DNA of 64,000 nucleotides from an uncultured Alphaproteobacteria bacterium (GCA_963778455.1 CAVZUL010000008.1:315371-379370); one strand, 5' to 3'. Counted from the first letter of the stretch, positions 20,299 to 30,661 are shown. A program made the numbers and translations. The notes: generated by a model not told the origin, from the letters alone.

Positions 20299-21099
20299 AT
20301 GCAAGGCAGAACCAAGGATTGCCGCCACGGCAGGCTCACATACCTGCTCAACGATGCCTATATCGGAAGGTCCCTTGACGTCTACGGCGAATATTCCGAG
20401 GGCGAGGTCGACCTGTTTCGCCAGCTATTGCGGCAGGGCGATGTCGCTGTCGATGTCGGCGCGAATATCGGTGCGCTGACGGTCGGCATGGCGCGCCTGG
20501 TTCAGCCAGGCGGGGTAATCGTGGCGTTCGAACCGCAGCGCGCGATCTTCGACATCTTGTGCAAGAACCTGCAGCTCAACGGCCTCACCAATGTCACCGC
20601 GTACCGGCGCGCCGCCGGAAGCGCAGCCGGGGTGATCCGGGTTCCTCCCCTGGACTACGGACAGCCAGAAAACTTCGGGGGCGTTGCGCTCGGCGGTTCG
20701 CGCGGCGAAGAGGTGCAGGTCGTGACCCTCGATAGTCTCGGCCTTCCGCGGCTGCGTCTGCTCAAGGTCGATGTCGAAGGCATGGAGGCTGAGGTCGTCG
20801 CCGGAGCGCGGGCAACCATCGAGCGTCTGCAACCTGCGCTCTATATCGAGAATGACCGGGCGGATCGTTCGCAGCGCCTGATTTCGCTGCTGTTCGATAT
20901 CAGCTATCGTCTGTGGTGGCACATTACGCCGTTGTTCAATCCGAAAAATTTCTTCGGTCATCCGCGAGACATTTTCGGCGAGGTGGTGTCATTCAACATG
21001 ATCGGTTTTCCGCGCGCCAATCCGCCGGGGATCCAATTGCCGGAGATTCTCAGTCCGGACGATTTCGCCGGGCAGCCCGGCGCGCTTAGACGCGGCTAG
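20299..21099 (+). CDS. FkbM-family methyltransferase
   Basis: The frame of ORF 20248..21099 contains VAVDVGANIGALTVGMA...VIVAFEPQ...LKVDVEGMEAEVV. I choose ATG 20299 because 20248 would overlap the divergent gene start at 20266. Confidence 0.75.
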   Translation: MQGRTKDCRHGRLTYLLNDAYIGRSLDVYGEYSEGEVDLFRQLLRQGDVAVDVGANIGALTVGMARLVQPGGVIVAFEPQRAIFDILCKNLQLNGLTNVTAYRRAAGSAAGVIRVPPLDYGQPENFGGVALGGSRGEEVQVVTLDSLGLPRLRLLKVDVEGMEAEVVAGARATIERLQPALYIENDRADRSQRLISLLFDISYRLWWHITPLFNPKNFFGHPRDIFGEVVSFNMIGFPRANPPGIQLPEILSPDDFAGQPGALRRG

Positions 21100-21132
21100 T
21101 TCGGCTCGAACCGGAACATTGGAGAGCACGCA

Positions 21133-21978
21133 ATGGACGCAAACAGCCAGATCGGTTTTGCGCTGAACCACATCGCCAACTTCAATGCCGCGATGGTGCA
21201 GATGAACCTGCAGAGGTTCTGGGCGGAGACACTCGCACAGCCGCGCTACGCCGATCCGAAGCGTCTCGTGCGCCACGGCTTCAAGGTCTACTCGCAGCAT
21301 GACGAAGACGGCATCATCCAGGAGATTTTCCGCCGCATCGGCACCTCGAAGCGCACATTCGTCGAATTCGGTGTGGAGACAGGCGTCGAGTGCAACACCG
21401 TCAAGCTCTTGGTCGAGGGATGGCGCGGGCTGTGGATCGAGGCGAACGCGCAAGCCTGCAAGGCGATCGCTTCAAGCTTCGATCCATTCCTGAAAGACCG
21501 TCGCCTGACGCTCACGCAAAGCCTCGTCACCGCTGAAAACATCAACACGCTCGTGGAAAACAGCGGATTGAGTGGCGAGATCGATCTTCTCAGCATCGAC
21601 ATCGACTTCAATGATTATTGGGTCTGGAAGGCGATCGAGGTTGTCAGCCCCCGCGTCGTGGCCATCGAATACAATGCGGGATTGCGTCCACCGCTGTCGC
21701 TGACCGTCCCCTATCAACCCAATCGCGGCGGCGATGGCACGAACTTTTTCGGCGCCAGTCTCGAAGCGCTGGTCCGGCTGGGACACGCGAAGGGTTATCG
21801 CGTTGTCGGCTGCAATATTTCCGGCTCGAATGCATTTTTCGTGCGCGAGGATGTCTGCGCGGATCATTTCCTCGAGCCCGCGACGGCCGAAGAGCATTAC
21901 GAGCCACCGCGCCATTTCTTCTCGTTCCTGCTTGCCGGTCCCCAGGCTCCAAAGCCCGGCCCCTACGTGAGTGTTTGA
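21133..21978 (+). CDS. hypothetical protein, methyltransferase-like (YSQHDEDGII motif)
   Basis: The 281-aa ORF contains YSQHDEDGIIQEIF...FVEFGV...LLSIDIDFNDYWVW...VVAIEYN. I recall this pattern from uncharacterised FkbM-like proteins in polysaccharide or flagellin-modification loci. Its function is unknown. Confidence 0.6.
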   Translation: MDANSQIGFALNHIANFNAAMVQMNLQRFWAETLAQPRYADPKRLVRHGFKVYSQHDEDGIIQEIFRRIGTSKRTFVEFGVETGVECNTVKLLVEGWRGLWIEANAQACKAIASSFDPFLKDRRLTLTQSLVTAENINTLVENSGLSGEIDLLSIDIDFNDYWVWKAIEVVSPRVVAIEYNAGLRPPLSLTVPYQPNRGGDGTNFFGASLEALVRLGHAKGYRVVGCNISGSNAFFVREDVCADHFLEPATAEEHYEPPRHFFSFLLAGPQAPKPGPYVSV

Positions 21979-22053
21979 ACGGGGTTGGCGAGGCTTCGCG
22001 CCGCCGTCCCGCGCCTTGTCAAGGTGATGGTGCTCGGGCATACCGGCCGCACC

Positions 22054-22145
22054 GGAGAGGTGGCCGAGTGGCTGAAGGCGGCGGTTTGCTAAACCGTTAT
22101 ACGGGGAAACCCGTATCAAGGGTTCGAATCCCTTCCTCTCCGCCA
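22054..22145 (+). tRNA. tRNA-Ser (anticodon GCU)
   Basis: I folded this by hand. The acceptor stem is GGAGAGG/CCTCTCC, the D arm has 3 bp, and the anticodon stem is GCGGT/ACCGT with loop TTGCTAA. There is a long variable arm (TATACGGGGAAACCCGTATC), a T arm AAGGG-TTCGAAT-CCCTT, discriminator G and an encoded CCA. Confidence 0.9.
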
Positions 22146-22217
22146 ATCTCCGCTAAAGCATTGAGTTCGCTCCATTAAACTGGACGGATTTGCGCTTAGC
22201 ATGGTGTGGCGCCGAGC

Positions 22218-24470
22218 ATGACTCGAACGGAACCCGGTCCCAGCGCCTCAAGCACCGACCAACTTCTGGCCTCGGCCATCAATCAGCATCGGGCGGGACA
22301 GCTTGCCGAAGCAGAACGGATCTATCGCGAGATACTCGCGGCCGAACCGCAGCACGCCGACGCGCTTCATCTGCTCGGCGTTATTGCCCACCAGCGCGAC
22401 CAGCACGAGGCTGCGGTCGACCTGATTGGCCGGGCCATCGCGTGCGGCGCGCCGCTCGCGCAGCACCACTTCAATCTCGGACTCGCGCTCGCGGCGCTCG
22501 GACGCGCGGACGAAGCTGCGGCGCAGTTCGGCAGAGCGATTGCGCTGAAGAGCGACTATGCCGAGGCGCACGCGAGCCTGGGCGATGCGTACCGTGCCCA
22601 GGGCCTGTTGGATCAGGCGCTGGCGTCCTATCAGCGCGCCGAGGCGCTCAGGCCGTCGTCCGCGGAAGCCCACAACAACATCGGCGCCGCCCTCCTCGCA
22701 CTGGGGAGAATCGAGGAGGGAATCGCGTGCTGCGAGCGCGCCCTCGCGCTCAAACCCGATCTGTTCGAGGCGTACATGAACCTCGCGCGGCTGCACTACG
22801 CGGCGGAACGCGCCGTGCAGGCGGCCGCCTTCGCGGCACGCGCGCTGGCGCTACGCGAGACCATCGAGGCAAAGACGCTCTTCGTCCAATGCGTGCGCAA
22901 CACCAGGGTCGTTGGCGACCTTGGACACCTTCGCAAGTTGATCCTGCGCGGCTTGACCGAGCCGTGGGACCGTCCGGACGAACTTGCCGCCGTCGCCATC
23001 AGCCTGATCATGCGCGATGAAGCCCTGCGCACCGCGGCCTCACACGCGGCGGACGCATGGCCAACGCAACTCCCGGCGGGGGAACTGCTGAACCCTGCCC
23101 TGTTTCCGGTTTTGCGCGATCCGCTGCTTCACCAACTGCTTGTCGTCACGCCTGTCGTCGACATCGCGCTCGAGCAGTTTCTCACCGGTGCCCGGCGGGT
23201 CTTGCTCGAGACAGCGATGAGAGCGACGACTGCGGATGCAGCCGACGAGAATTTGCTGGTCTTTTTTTGCACCCTCGCCCGGCAGTGCTTCGTCAACGAG
23301 TACGTCTTCTTCTGCGATGCCGATCAGGCAAACGACGCGCGAAAATTACGCGACAGGTTGACCGAGGCCCTCGCGTCGAAGGCACCCATTTCGCCGCTCT
23401 GGCCGGTCGCCGTCGCGGCTTACTTTCCGCTTTCCACACTGCGCGACGCGGAGGCGCTTGAACAGTACGCCTTCCCCGACAGCGTCAACGCGCTGCTGAC
23501 GCAGCAGATACGCGAGCCGCGCGAAGAGCGGGATCTGCGCCTGTCGATCCCGCGGCTGACTGACATTGAAGACGACGTCTCGGTCCAAGTCCGCGGCATG
23601 TACGAAGAAAATCCGTATCCGCGCTGGATCAAGGTCGCGCCGACGGAAAGCCCGAAGCTTCTCGACGTCTATCTGCGCAATCGTTTTGCGGCTCCCGCGC
23701 TGCGCGATCTGCCGCGCAAGACCGCGCTGGACATTCTCGCCGCGGGCTGCGGCACGGGAAGGCAATCCGTGGAGATCGCGCAACGATTCGTCGGCGCAAA
23801 GGTGCTGGCGATCGATTTGTCGCTGGCCAGTCTCGCCTATGCGAAACGCAAGACGCGTGAGCTTGGCCTCACCAATATCGAATATGGTCAGGCCGATATC
23901 CTGCGGCTCGGCAAGCTCGGCCGGTCGTTCGACGTCATCGAATCATGCGGCGTCCTTCACCATCTTGACGATCCGTGGGCCGGATGGCGCGTGCTGCTCG
24001 GGTTGTTGAAGCCGGGTGGATTGATGCGCGTCGGCCTCTACAGCGAGCTCGGCCGGCCGGGCGTTATCGCGGGCCGCGCACTTGTCGCGGAGCGCGGTTA
24101 TCGCCCCGATCCCGAGGGCATCCAAAGATTTCGGCAAGAGGTAATCACCGGGAACCACGGGCCGCCTCTCGCGGATCTGGTCACGAAGGCGCGCGACTTC
24201 TTCACGACGAGCGAACTGCGCGATCTCGTTTTTCACGTTTGCGAACATCGCATGACGATCCCGCAGATCGAGGCCTTCCTGCGCGCGAACACGCTTGAGT
24301 TTCTCGGCTTCGAGGTCAACGCTCAGCTTGCACGCCGCTATCGCGCGCGCTTCCCACACGACGCGGCGATGACCAGCCTCAAGGATTGGCATGTGTTCGA
24401 AATCGAGAATCCGGACGCCTTTTTCTACACGTACCAGTTCTGGATACGTACTCCTCCAACCCATCCGTAG
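22218..24470 (+). CDS. TPR-repeat / class I SAM-dependent methyltransferase fusion protein (paralog 1)
   Basis: In ORF 22206..24470 (ATG at 22218), the N-terminus has TPR units. A conserved middle block contains ARQCFVNEYVF and YEENPYPRWIK. The C-terminus has LDILAAGCGTGRQSVE...VLAIDLS...FDVIESCGVLHHL...LKPGGLMRVGLYS, SAM-MTase motifs I to post-II. Confidence 0.8.
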   Translation: MTRTEPGPSASSTDQLLASAINQHRAGQLAEAERIYREILAAEPQHADALHLLGVIAHQRDQHEAAVDLIGRAIACGAPLAQHHFNLGLALAALGRADEAAAQFGRAIALKSDYAEAHASLGDAYRAQGLLDQALASYQRAEALRPSSAEAHNNIGAALLALGRIEEGIACCERALALKPDLFEAYMNLARLHYAAERAVQAAAFAARALALRETIEAKTLFVQCVRNTRVVGDLGHLRKLILRGLTEPWDRPDELAAVAISLIMRDEALRTAASHAADAWPTQLPAGELLNPALFPVLRDPLLHQLLVVTPVVDIALEQFLTGARRVLLETAMRATTADAADENLLVFFCTLARQCFVNEYVFFCDADQANDARKLRDRLTEALASKAPISPLWPVAVAAYFPLSTLRDAEALEQYAFPDSVNALLTQQIREPREERDLRLSIPRLTDIEDDVSVQVRGMYEENPYPRWIKVAPTESPKLLDVYLRNRFAAPALRDLPRKTALDILAAGCGTGRQSVEIAQRFVGAKVLAIDLSLASLAYAKRKTRELGLTNIEYGQADILRLGKLGRSFDVIESCGVLHHLDDPWAGWRVLLGLLKPGGLMRVGLYSELGRPGVIAGRALVAERGYRPDPEGIQRFRQEVITGNHGPPLADLVTKARDFFTTSELRDLVFHVCEHRMTIPQIEAFLRANTLEFLGFEVNAQLARRYRARFPHDAAMTSLKDWHVFEIENPDAFFYTYQFWIRTPPTHP

Positions 24471-24992
24471 ACGCATCGCCGGTACGCCGGCACCGAATCG
24501 CAGCGAGCGAGACGGCGTGGAACACGGGCGCTGGCTGCCGCCACCAGATTGCTCTGCCGGGCAGGCGAGCAAGGTCGTAGCCGCCGCCCGCGGGCCAGGC
24601 CCATTCAAGCTTGCGGGCAGTTCAGCGACAACTTGGTAACATATTGTCTTCCATCGGAATAACCCGCCGGGAACCTTGCGTCAGAGGTTCATTGCTGCGC
24701 CGATTCCGCCGCCCAAAATAGCGAGTGCCATTTGTGCAACACCTGCCTGAAAACGCGCGTTCGAGCCCTGTGATTCGGCGGTTTTTTCATTGTGTGTGCA
24801 AGTCTCGTGGCTAAGGTTGAACACGCGACGGAGGGGGGCATCCCCAGGTCGCCCCGTCCGGGTCTCGATCGCACCGAGTTGGTGGGAAAAGGAAAACCGG
24901 GTGGTTTCGCGGGGACTGATTGGGGACCTTCCAGGATGCTTCGGCATCCGAAGAGCGGAACCCTCCCACGATTAACAAACTTGGAGGTCACG

Positions 24993-26573
24993 ATGAAGAT
25001 GGTGAAAAGCCTTCTCCTCGGTTCCGCGGCGGGTCTCGTTGCGGTAGCGGGAGCACAGGCTGCCGATCTTCCCGTTAAGGCCAAACCGGTCGAATACGTG
25101 AAGATTTGTAGCATCTACGGCGCCGGGTTCTTCTACATCCCCGGCACCGATACCTGCATCAAGATCGGCGGGTGGGTCCGCGCTGAATACGGATTCCAGA
25201 CCGGCAACTCGTCCGTGCAATACAATCAGGGCACCGCCGGCCGTAACAACCGCATCGACTCGACCGAGCTCAACATGCGGGCCCGCTGGGTGACGTCGAT
25301 CGACATTCGCACCCAGACGGAATACGGCACCCTGCGCGCCTACTCGCGCGCCGGCTACCAGACGACGACCGGTGAAAGCGCCCAGGGCCGTTTCTACACT
25401 GAGCGCGGCTTCATCCAGTTCGCCGGCTTCACCTTCGGCAAGTCGCAGTCATACTTCGACTTCTTCGGCGGTGCGTTCTGCTACGGCTGCTCGTACACGG
25501 GCACTGCCTCGATGACCGGTGCTGCCGGCACGCTGCTCGCCGCCTACACGGCGACGTTCGGCAACGGCTTCACGGCCACGATCTCGTTGGAAGAAGGCCT
25601 CATTCGCCGCAACGCGATTTGGGATGCCTCGAACGACGCGACCAATGCGCTCGTGATCAGCAATATGCCGGGACCGGGTGCGGTGCAGGACGCCCACCCC
25701 GCCGCGGCTATCAACTTCGGCGACTACGCTGCTCCGGCGGTTCCGGACATCGTCGGCTCGCTGCGCGTCGACCAGGCTTGGGGCTCCGCACAGATCGCGG
25801 GCGCTCTGCACCAGTTGCGCGCAGGCTACTACGGCAACAACACGACCGGCGCGGGCGCAAACGTGCTGGGCGTCGACAGCCGCTTCCTGTCTCCGGGCGA
25901 TGCGTACGGCTGGGCCGCGATGGCCGGTATCGTACTCAACATCCCCTGGAACAAGGGCGACAAGTTGTGGATCGAAGCCGCGATTGCTGAAGGTGCCGGC
26001 GCGTATGTCGGCCTCGACGGCGCCATCAGCGGCAAGAACAACACGTTCGGCCGCTTCAACGGCGCGAACGTGTCGGCGGGATGGGCGATCGACTCGATCT
26101 TCGGCACCTTGGTGGCGACGAACGGGACGACCAGCCAGCAGCTGACGCGCTACTTCACCATCGCCGGTGCCTTCGAGCACTACTGGACGCCGGCATTGCG
26201 CAGCGACTTGTGGGCGAACTACACGGCCGCGGACTATAACGACGTCGCGACGACGTTGTTCTGCTCCTCGCCGCAGAGCCCGGTCCGCCGGTTGGCGGCT
26301 CCGAACACGCCGCTCACGGGCGCCACGCAGGTGGCGGGCTGTAACCCGGACTTCCGCGTATGGGCCGTCGGTTTGCGGACCATCTGGAATCCGGCGCCGC
26401 AGTTCGATATCGGCCTCGAAGTGTACTACACGCAACTCGAGCAGAGCCACGATCCGAACCAGATGGTGTTCAACTTCGCGGGTGCCGGCGGCCGTCCGGT
26501 CGGCGTGTACTTCCCGTCGAACGAGGGCGTCTGGGGTTCGATCCTGCGTCTGCAGCGCAACTTCTGGCCATGA
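24993..26573 (+). CDS. alphaproteobacterial outer-membrane porin (Porin_2 / Omp2b-RopA-like)
   Basis: ATG 24993 follows GGAGGT. The protein starts MKMVKSLLLGSAAGLVAVAGAQAADLPVKAKPVEYVKICSIYGAGFFYIPGTDTCIKIGGWVRAEY and ends in ...LRLQRNFWP (aromatic terminus), typical of this porin family. Confidence 0.85.
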   Translation: MKMVKSLLLGSAAGLVAVAGAQAADLPVKAKPVEYVKICSIYGAGFFYIPGTDTCIKIGGWVRAEYGFQTGNSSVQYNQGTAGRNNRIDSTELNMRARWVTSIDIRTQTEYGTLRAYSRAGYQTTTGESAQGRFYTERGFIQFAGFTFGKSQSYFDFFGGAFCYGCSYTGTASMTGAAGTLLAAYTATFGNGFTATISLEEGLIRRNAIWDASNDATNALVISNMPGPGAVQDAHPAAAINFGDYAAPAVPDIVGSLRVDQAWGSAQIAGALHQLRAGYYGNNTTGAGANVLGVDSRFLSPGDAYGWAAMAGIVLNIPWNKGDKLWIEAAIAEGAGAYVGLDGAISGKNNTFGRFNGANVSAGWAIDSIFGTLVATNGTTSQQLTRYFTIAGAFEHYWTPALRSDLWANYTAADYNDVATTLFCSSPQSPVRRLAAPNTPLTGATQVAGCNPDFRVWAVGLRTIWNPAPQFDIGLEVYYTQLEQSHDPNQMVFNFAGAGGRPVGVYFPSNEGVWGSILRLQRNFWP

Positions 26574-26602
26574 CCGTCTGATCATCGTCAGTTCAGCGAC
26601 AG

Positions 26603-26632
26603 CCCCCGGCCGCAAGGCCGGGGGTTTTTCTT
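26603..26632 (+). terminator. rho-independent terminator of the porin gene
   Basis: The hairpin cccccggcc-gcaa-ggccggggg is followed by tttttc. Confidence 0.85.
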
Positions 26633-26722
26633 TGGCGGAGAGGAACGCAGTCGAGCTCGCAACGCTTTGCGTTCGTAAAGATGCCGCGATGGTAGTTGGA
26701 CGGCATCTCCCCGACCACTCGG

Positions 26723-29062
26723 TCAAGGTCCGGTGCGCGTCCCCGCCGCTCCGCATCTGACCCAGAACTGGTACATGCCAAGAAAGGTGTGCCGGCGCGC
26801 CTGCTCGAATGCGTGCCAACGGTCGAGATCCGTCATCGCCGGATCGTCGGGGTGAACGGCGGCATATTGTCCGGCGGTGTCACGTGAAAGCTGGAACCCG
26901 AGAAACTCCAGCCCGCTCTCCCGGATGAACTGCGCGATCTGCGGAAGCGTCAGACACTGCTCCGCCACGTGGAACAGGAGATCGCGACAGTCGCTCATAC
27001 AAAAAAAATCAGGACCGATGAAGTTGTGCCAACTTGGGTTGTCATCCAGCGCCGCTGCGATGGCGACACGGGCGCGCCGGATGCCCGCAGCATCGGATGT
27101 GAAGCCCTGCTCCGCGATGAACGTGCGCGCCGCGGCGACCTCGGTGCGCGCAAGTTTGCTGTACAAGCCGAGCTGCATGATTCCACCGGGACGGAGCAGG
27201 CCGACCAGCTGGCGCCATCCCGCGAAGGGGTCCGCCATATGGTGCAGGACGCCGCTCGCCAGAATCACGTCGAACTGGCGGCCAAGTCCCTGCAGCTGCA
27301 GGATGTCAGCCTGTCCGTACTCGATGTTGCTGAGCCCGAGCTCAGCGGTCTTGCGCGCGGCATAACCAAGGCTCGCGCGGCTGAGATCGACAGCGAAGAT
27401 GCTGACTGATGAGACCCGCGTGGCAAACTCCACCGGCTGCTGGCCCGTACCGCAGCCCGCGATCAGAACTTCGACAGATGTTCGTTCCACCGGATCGAGC
27501 CGCGCGGCTGGCAACATCTCGCGCAGGTAAGCGTCGAACGGGAGTGGCCGGCCCGTCGACATGGTCTTGATCCAGCGGGGATACGGGTTCTCCTCGTATT
27601 GCTGTCGAACCGCGCGCGAGGTCGCTTCGTCGACGGATGTCAGCTGCGGAACGGCGGCGGCCATCAGCCGCTCGGCCGCAGGTTCTCGGATCTGCTGGGT
27701 CAGGACGGCCTCCAGCGACGCACTCCATGACTGACCGAGCAGGCCGTCATGCTCTGGCTGAAGATAGAGCGGCCCGTAGCAAGCGACTGCCGCGACAAAG
27801 ATGGGCGGCGGCGTACGGCCCGCGGCGGAGATGTCTGCAAGCCGTCGGCGCAGCGCGTCTACGGCCGCCCCCTCGTCCGCATCCAGGTCGAACACGTATT
27901 CGTTGATGAAGCACTGACGCGCCAGACTGCATGCGAACGGCAGCATCGTATCGGCGTCGGCTTGGGACGCGGCATCGCAAAGCGCGAGAATGCCGCGGCG
28001 GGCGGCCACGAGCAGCGCCTCGAGCTGCAGATCGGCCACGGGCGCATTTTCCAGCAGCGCCCCAAGCAACGCGTCGGTCGCGAGCGCACGTAACGCCTGC
28101 GGCGCCAGCGGATTGCCCCGCGGCGGCATCTCCGCGAGCGCATCCGCCACCGGTCCCTTGTTTTTCAGGACCGCCGCGGCAAAGCGGGTGAAAACGCGCG
28201 GGCTACCCCACGGCTCGCGCAAGGCTGTGCGGAGTATATCGCGCAATTCAGGCACATCCGGGCAGATACTCAGCCGGCGCGCGCAGGAGACGAACAGGTC
28301 TTTCGCCTCCCGTGTCGGCCGGGCCGCGAGCGCTTTGCAGAGCACCGCCATCGCGGTGAACGCGTCATCCTGTGTGAGGTAGACGAGCGCCGAACCGACA
28401 ATCGCTTCATTGAAATCGGCCCGCAAGGCGAGAGCCTGACGATAGCGTTGCAGCGCGGGCTCGACACGACCGCGCGCCAACAGTGCTCCGGCGAGGTTGT
28501 TGAGCGCCTCGGGATAGTCGGGGCGCAACGCGAGCGTCCGTTCGAACGCCGTGATGGCCTCATCGGGACGACCGCAGTCAACTAGCAGATTGGCAAGGTT
28601 GAAATGCGCTTCGGGTAAATTGGGCGCCAATGCGATGACACGCTCGTAGGCGACCTGCGCGTCCGCTAACCGGCCAAGTGCCTTGAGGCCATTGCCGAAA
28701 TTGAGCTGCGCTTCGACATATCGCGGCTGCAGTTCGACGGCGCGCTGGTTGTGCGTAACGACATCGGCAAACTGCCCAAGTTGAGCCGCGGCAAGACCAA
28801 GATGATAGTGGCCTTCGGGATTGCGCTCGTGTTGAGCCAGCGAGCGCCGGATCAAGTCCGCTGCCATCTCACCGCGGCCCTGCTGCAACAACAGCAGGCC
28901 GAGATAGTGCAGGGTTCGAGCATGCAGCGGATCGATCGCCAAGAGGTCCCGATAGGCGGCTTCAGCCTCGCGCAAGCGTTCCTGCTGATGGAGCGTCATC
29001 GCCGCGGCGAAGCGTTGCTCGGGGCCGTGCGGCGCTGAGGGTTTCGAAAACGGATCATTCAT
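26723..29062 (-). CDS. TPR-repeat / class I SAM-dependent methyltransferase fusion protein (paralog 2)
   Basis: The 779-aa ORF has the same architecture and shared blocks as the 22218 gene: ARQCFINEYVF, QQYEENPYPRWIK, VLIAGCGTGQQPVE, FAVDLS, FDVILASGVLHHM, LRPGGIMQLGLYS. Confidence 0.8.
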   Translation of the reverse strand: MNDPFSKPSAPHGPEQRFAAAMTLHQQERLREAEAAYRDLLAIDPLHARTLHYLGLLLLQQGRGEMAADLIRRSLAQHERNPEGHYHLGLAAAQLGQFADVVTHNQRAVELQPRYVEAQLNFGNGLKALGRLADAQVAYERVIALAPNLPEAHFNLANLLVDCGRPDEAITAFERTLALRPDYPEALNNLAGALLARGRVEPALQRYRQALALRADFNEAIVGSALVYLTQDDAFTAMAVLCKALAARPTREAKDLFVSCARRLSICPDVPELRDILRTALREPWGSPRVFTRFAAAVLKNKGPVADALAEMPPRGNPLAPQALRALATDALLGALLENAPVADLQLEALLVAARRGILALCDAASQADADTMLPFACSLARQCFINEYVFDLDADEGAAVDALRRRLADISAAGRTPPPIFVAAVACYGPLYLQPEHDGLLGQSWSASLEAVLTQQIREPAAERLMAAAVPQLTSVDEATSRAVRQQYEENPYPRWIKTMSTGRPLPFDAYLREMLPAARLDPVERTSVEVLIAGCGTGQQPVEFATRVSSVSIFAVDLSRASLGYAARKTAELGLSNIEYGQADILQLQGLGRQFDVILASGVLHHMADPFAGWRQLVGLLRPGGIMQLGLYSKLARTEVAAARTFIAEQGFTSDAAGIRRARVAIAAALDDNPSWHNFIGPDFFCMSDCRDLLFHVAEQCLTLPQIAQFIRESGLEFLGFQLSRDTAGQYAAVHPDDPAMTDLDRWHAFEQARRHTFLGMYQFWVRCGAAGTRTGP

Positions 29063-29070
29063 CAGCGGGT

Positions 29071-30558
29071 CTAAATCCCGAGCTTGGCTTTCAGCAATTC
29101 ATTCACCGCCTGCGGATTGGCCTTGCCGCCAGAGGCCTTCATCACCTGCCCGACGAACCAGCCGATCGCCTTTGGGTTGGACTTCGCGTCGGCCACCTTG
29201 TCGGGATTCCCGGCGACGATCTCGTCCACGATCTTCTCGATCGCGCCGGTGTCGGTGACCTGTTTCATGCCGCGCGCCTCGACGATCGCGCGCGGATCGC
29301 CGCCCTCGGTCCACATGATTTCGAACAGGTCTTTGCCGATCCTGCCGGAGATATCGCCCATTACGATCATGCCGCCCATCGTACCAAGCTGTTCAGCAGA
29401 AATCGGCGACTCCGATACCGTAAGTCCCTCCTTGTTTAAGCGACCAAGCAGTTCATTCACGACCCAGTTTGCAATCATGCTAGATGCGGTGGCGCCCAAT
29501 TTTTCAGCGGCCTTCCAAGCCCTCTCGCAATATTCAGCTAGCTCTCTGTCGGCAACCAATACCCCGGCAAGATAGGGAGACAATTCATGCGGGTGCCGCA
29601 TGAATTGCGCCTTCTTTGCATCCGGCAGCTCCGGCAGCTTCGCCTTCAGCGCATCCACCTCGGCCTGCGTCAGTTCGAGCGGCAGAAGATCGGGATCAGG
29701 GAAATAGCGGTAATCGTGTGCCTCCTCCTTGGAGCGCATCGAGCGCGTCTGCCGCTTTCCCGGATCATACAGCCGCGTCTCCTGATCGATCGTGCCACCG
29801 TCCTCGATGATCGCGATCTGGCGCCGTGCTTCGTGCTCGATCGCATCGCCGATGAAGCTGATCGAGTTCATGTTCTTGATCTCGCAGCGGATCCCAAGCG
29901 GCGCGCCGGGCTTGCGCACCGATACGTTCACGTCGGCGCGCAGCGAGCCCTTCTCCATGTTGCCGTCGCAGGTGCCGAGATAGCGCAGGATCGAGCGCAG
30001 CTTCGTCACATAGGCCTTGGCCTGCTCGGATGAACGGATATCCGGCTTCGACACGATCTCCATCAGCGCGACGCCGGACCGGTTCAGATCCACGAACGAC
30101 ATCGTTGGATGCTGGTCGTGCAGCGACTTGCCGGCATCCTGTTCGAGATGCAGCCGCTCGATGCCGACCGTGATGCTCTCCCCGTCCGGCAGATCGACGA
30201 TCACCTCGCCTTCGCCGACGATCGGCGACTTGTACTGGCTGATCTGGTAGCCCTGCGGCAGGTCGGGATAGAAATAGTTCTTCCGGTCGAACACCGATCT
30301 CAGATTGATCTGCGCCTTAAGGCCAAGCCCGGTGCGCACCGCCTGCCGCACGCATTCGGCGTTGATCACCGGCAGCATGCCGGGCATCGCGGCATCGACC
30401 AGCGAGACGTGGCTGTTCGGCGCGCCGCCGAACGCCGTTGAGGCGCCGGAGAACAGCTTCGCGTTCGAGGTGACCTGCGCGTGCACCTCCATGCCGATCA
30501 CGACTTCCCAGTCGCCGGTCGCGCCCTTGATCAGCCTGGATTTCTGCGCAGCGGTCAT
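29071..30558 (-). CDS. gatB: Asp-tRNA(Asn)/Glu-tRNA(Gln) amidotransferase subunit B
   Basis: The 495-aa ORF contains [13 protein letters not shown]...[15 protein letters not shown]...[10 protein letters not shown]...[17 protein letters not shown], a canonical GatB sequence. Confidence 0.92.
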   Translation of the reverse strand: MTAAQKSRLIKGATGDWEVVIGMEVHAQVTSNAKLFSGASTAFGGAPNSHVSLVDAAMPGMLPVINAECVRQAVRTGLGLKAQINLRSVFDRKNYFYPDLPQGYQISQYKSPIVGEGEVIVDLPDGESITVGIERLHLEQDAGKSLHDQHPTMSFVDLNRSGVALMEIVSKPDIRSSEQAKAYVTKLRSILRYLGTCDGNMEKGSLRADVNVSVRKPGAPLGIRCEIKNMNSISFIGDAIEHEARRQIAIIEDGGTIDQETRLYDPGKRQTRSMRSKEEAHDYRYFPDPDLLPLELTQAEVDALKAKLPELPDAKKAQFMRHPHELSPYLAGVLVADRELAEYCERAWKAAEKLGATASSMIANWVVNELLGRLNKEGLTVSESPISAEQLGTMGGMIVMGDISGRIGKDLFEIMWTEGGDPRAIVEARGMKQVTDTGAIEKIVDEIVAGNPDKVADAKSNPKAIGWFVGQVMKASGGKANPQAVNELLKAKLGI

Positions 30559-30661
30559 CGTCTCGATTTTGCCCCGAACATTTCACCGCGCGGCCATCGG
30601 GAACTCAAGAAACCCCTGTAGCCGCCGGGCGTTGGGGTGGGAAGCAGTAACGGAGCACGCC

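Noticed and set aside
25449-26819. 456-aa minus-strand ORF
   Set aside because: It is antisense to the porin gene, which has an SD, a signal peptide, a family-typical sequence and a terminator. It is a shadow ORF.
22054-29062. tRNA-Ser-anchored genomic island or integrative element
   Set aside because: I found no integrase, excisionase, transposase or phage gene. I also noticed no direct repeat of the tRNA 3' end. The cluster may still be accessory, but I cannot call it a mobile element.
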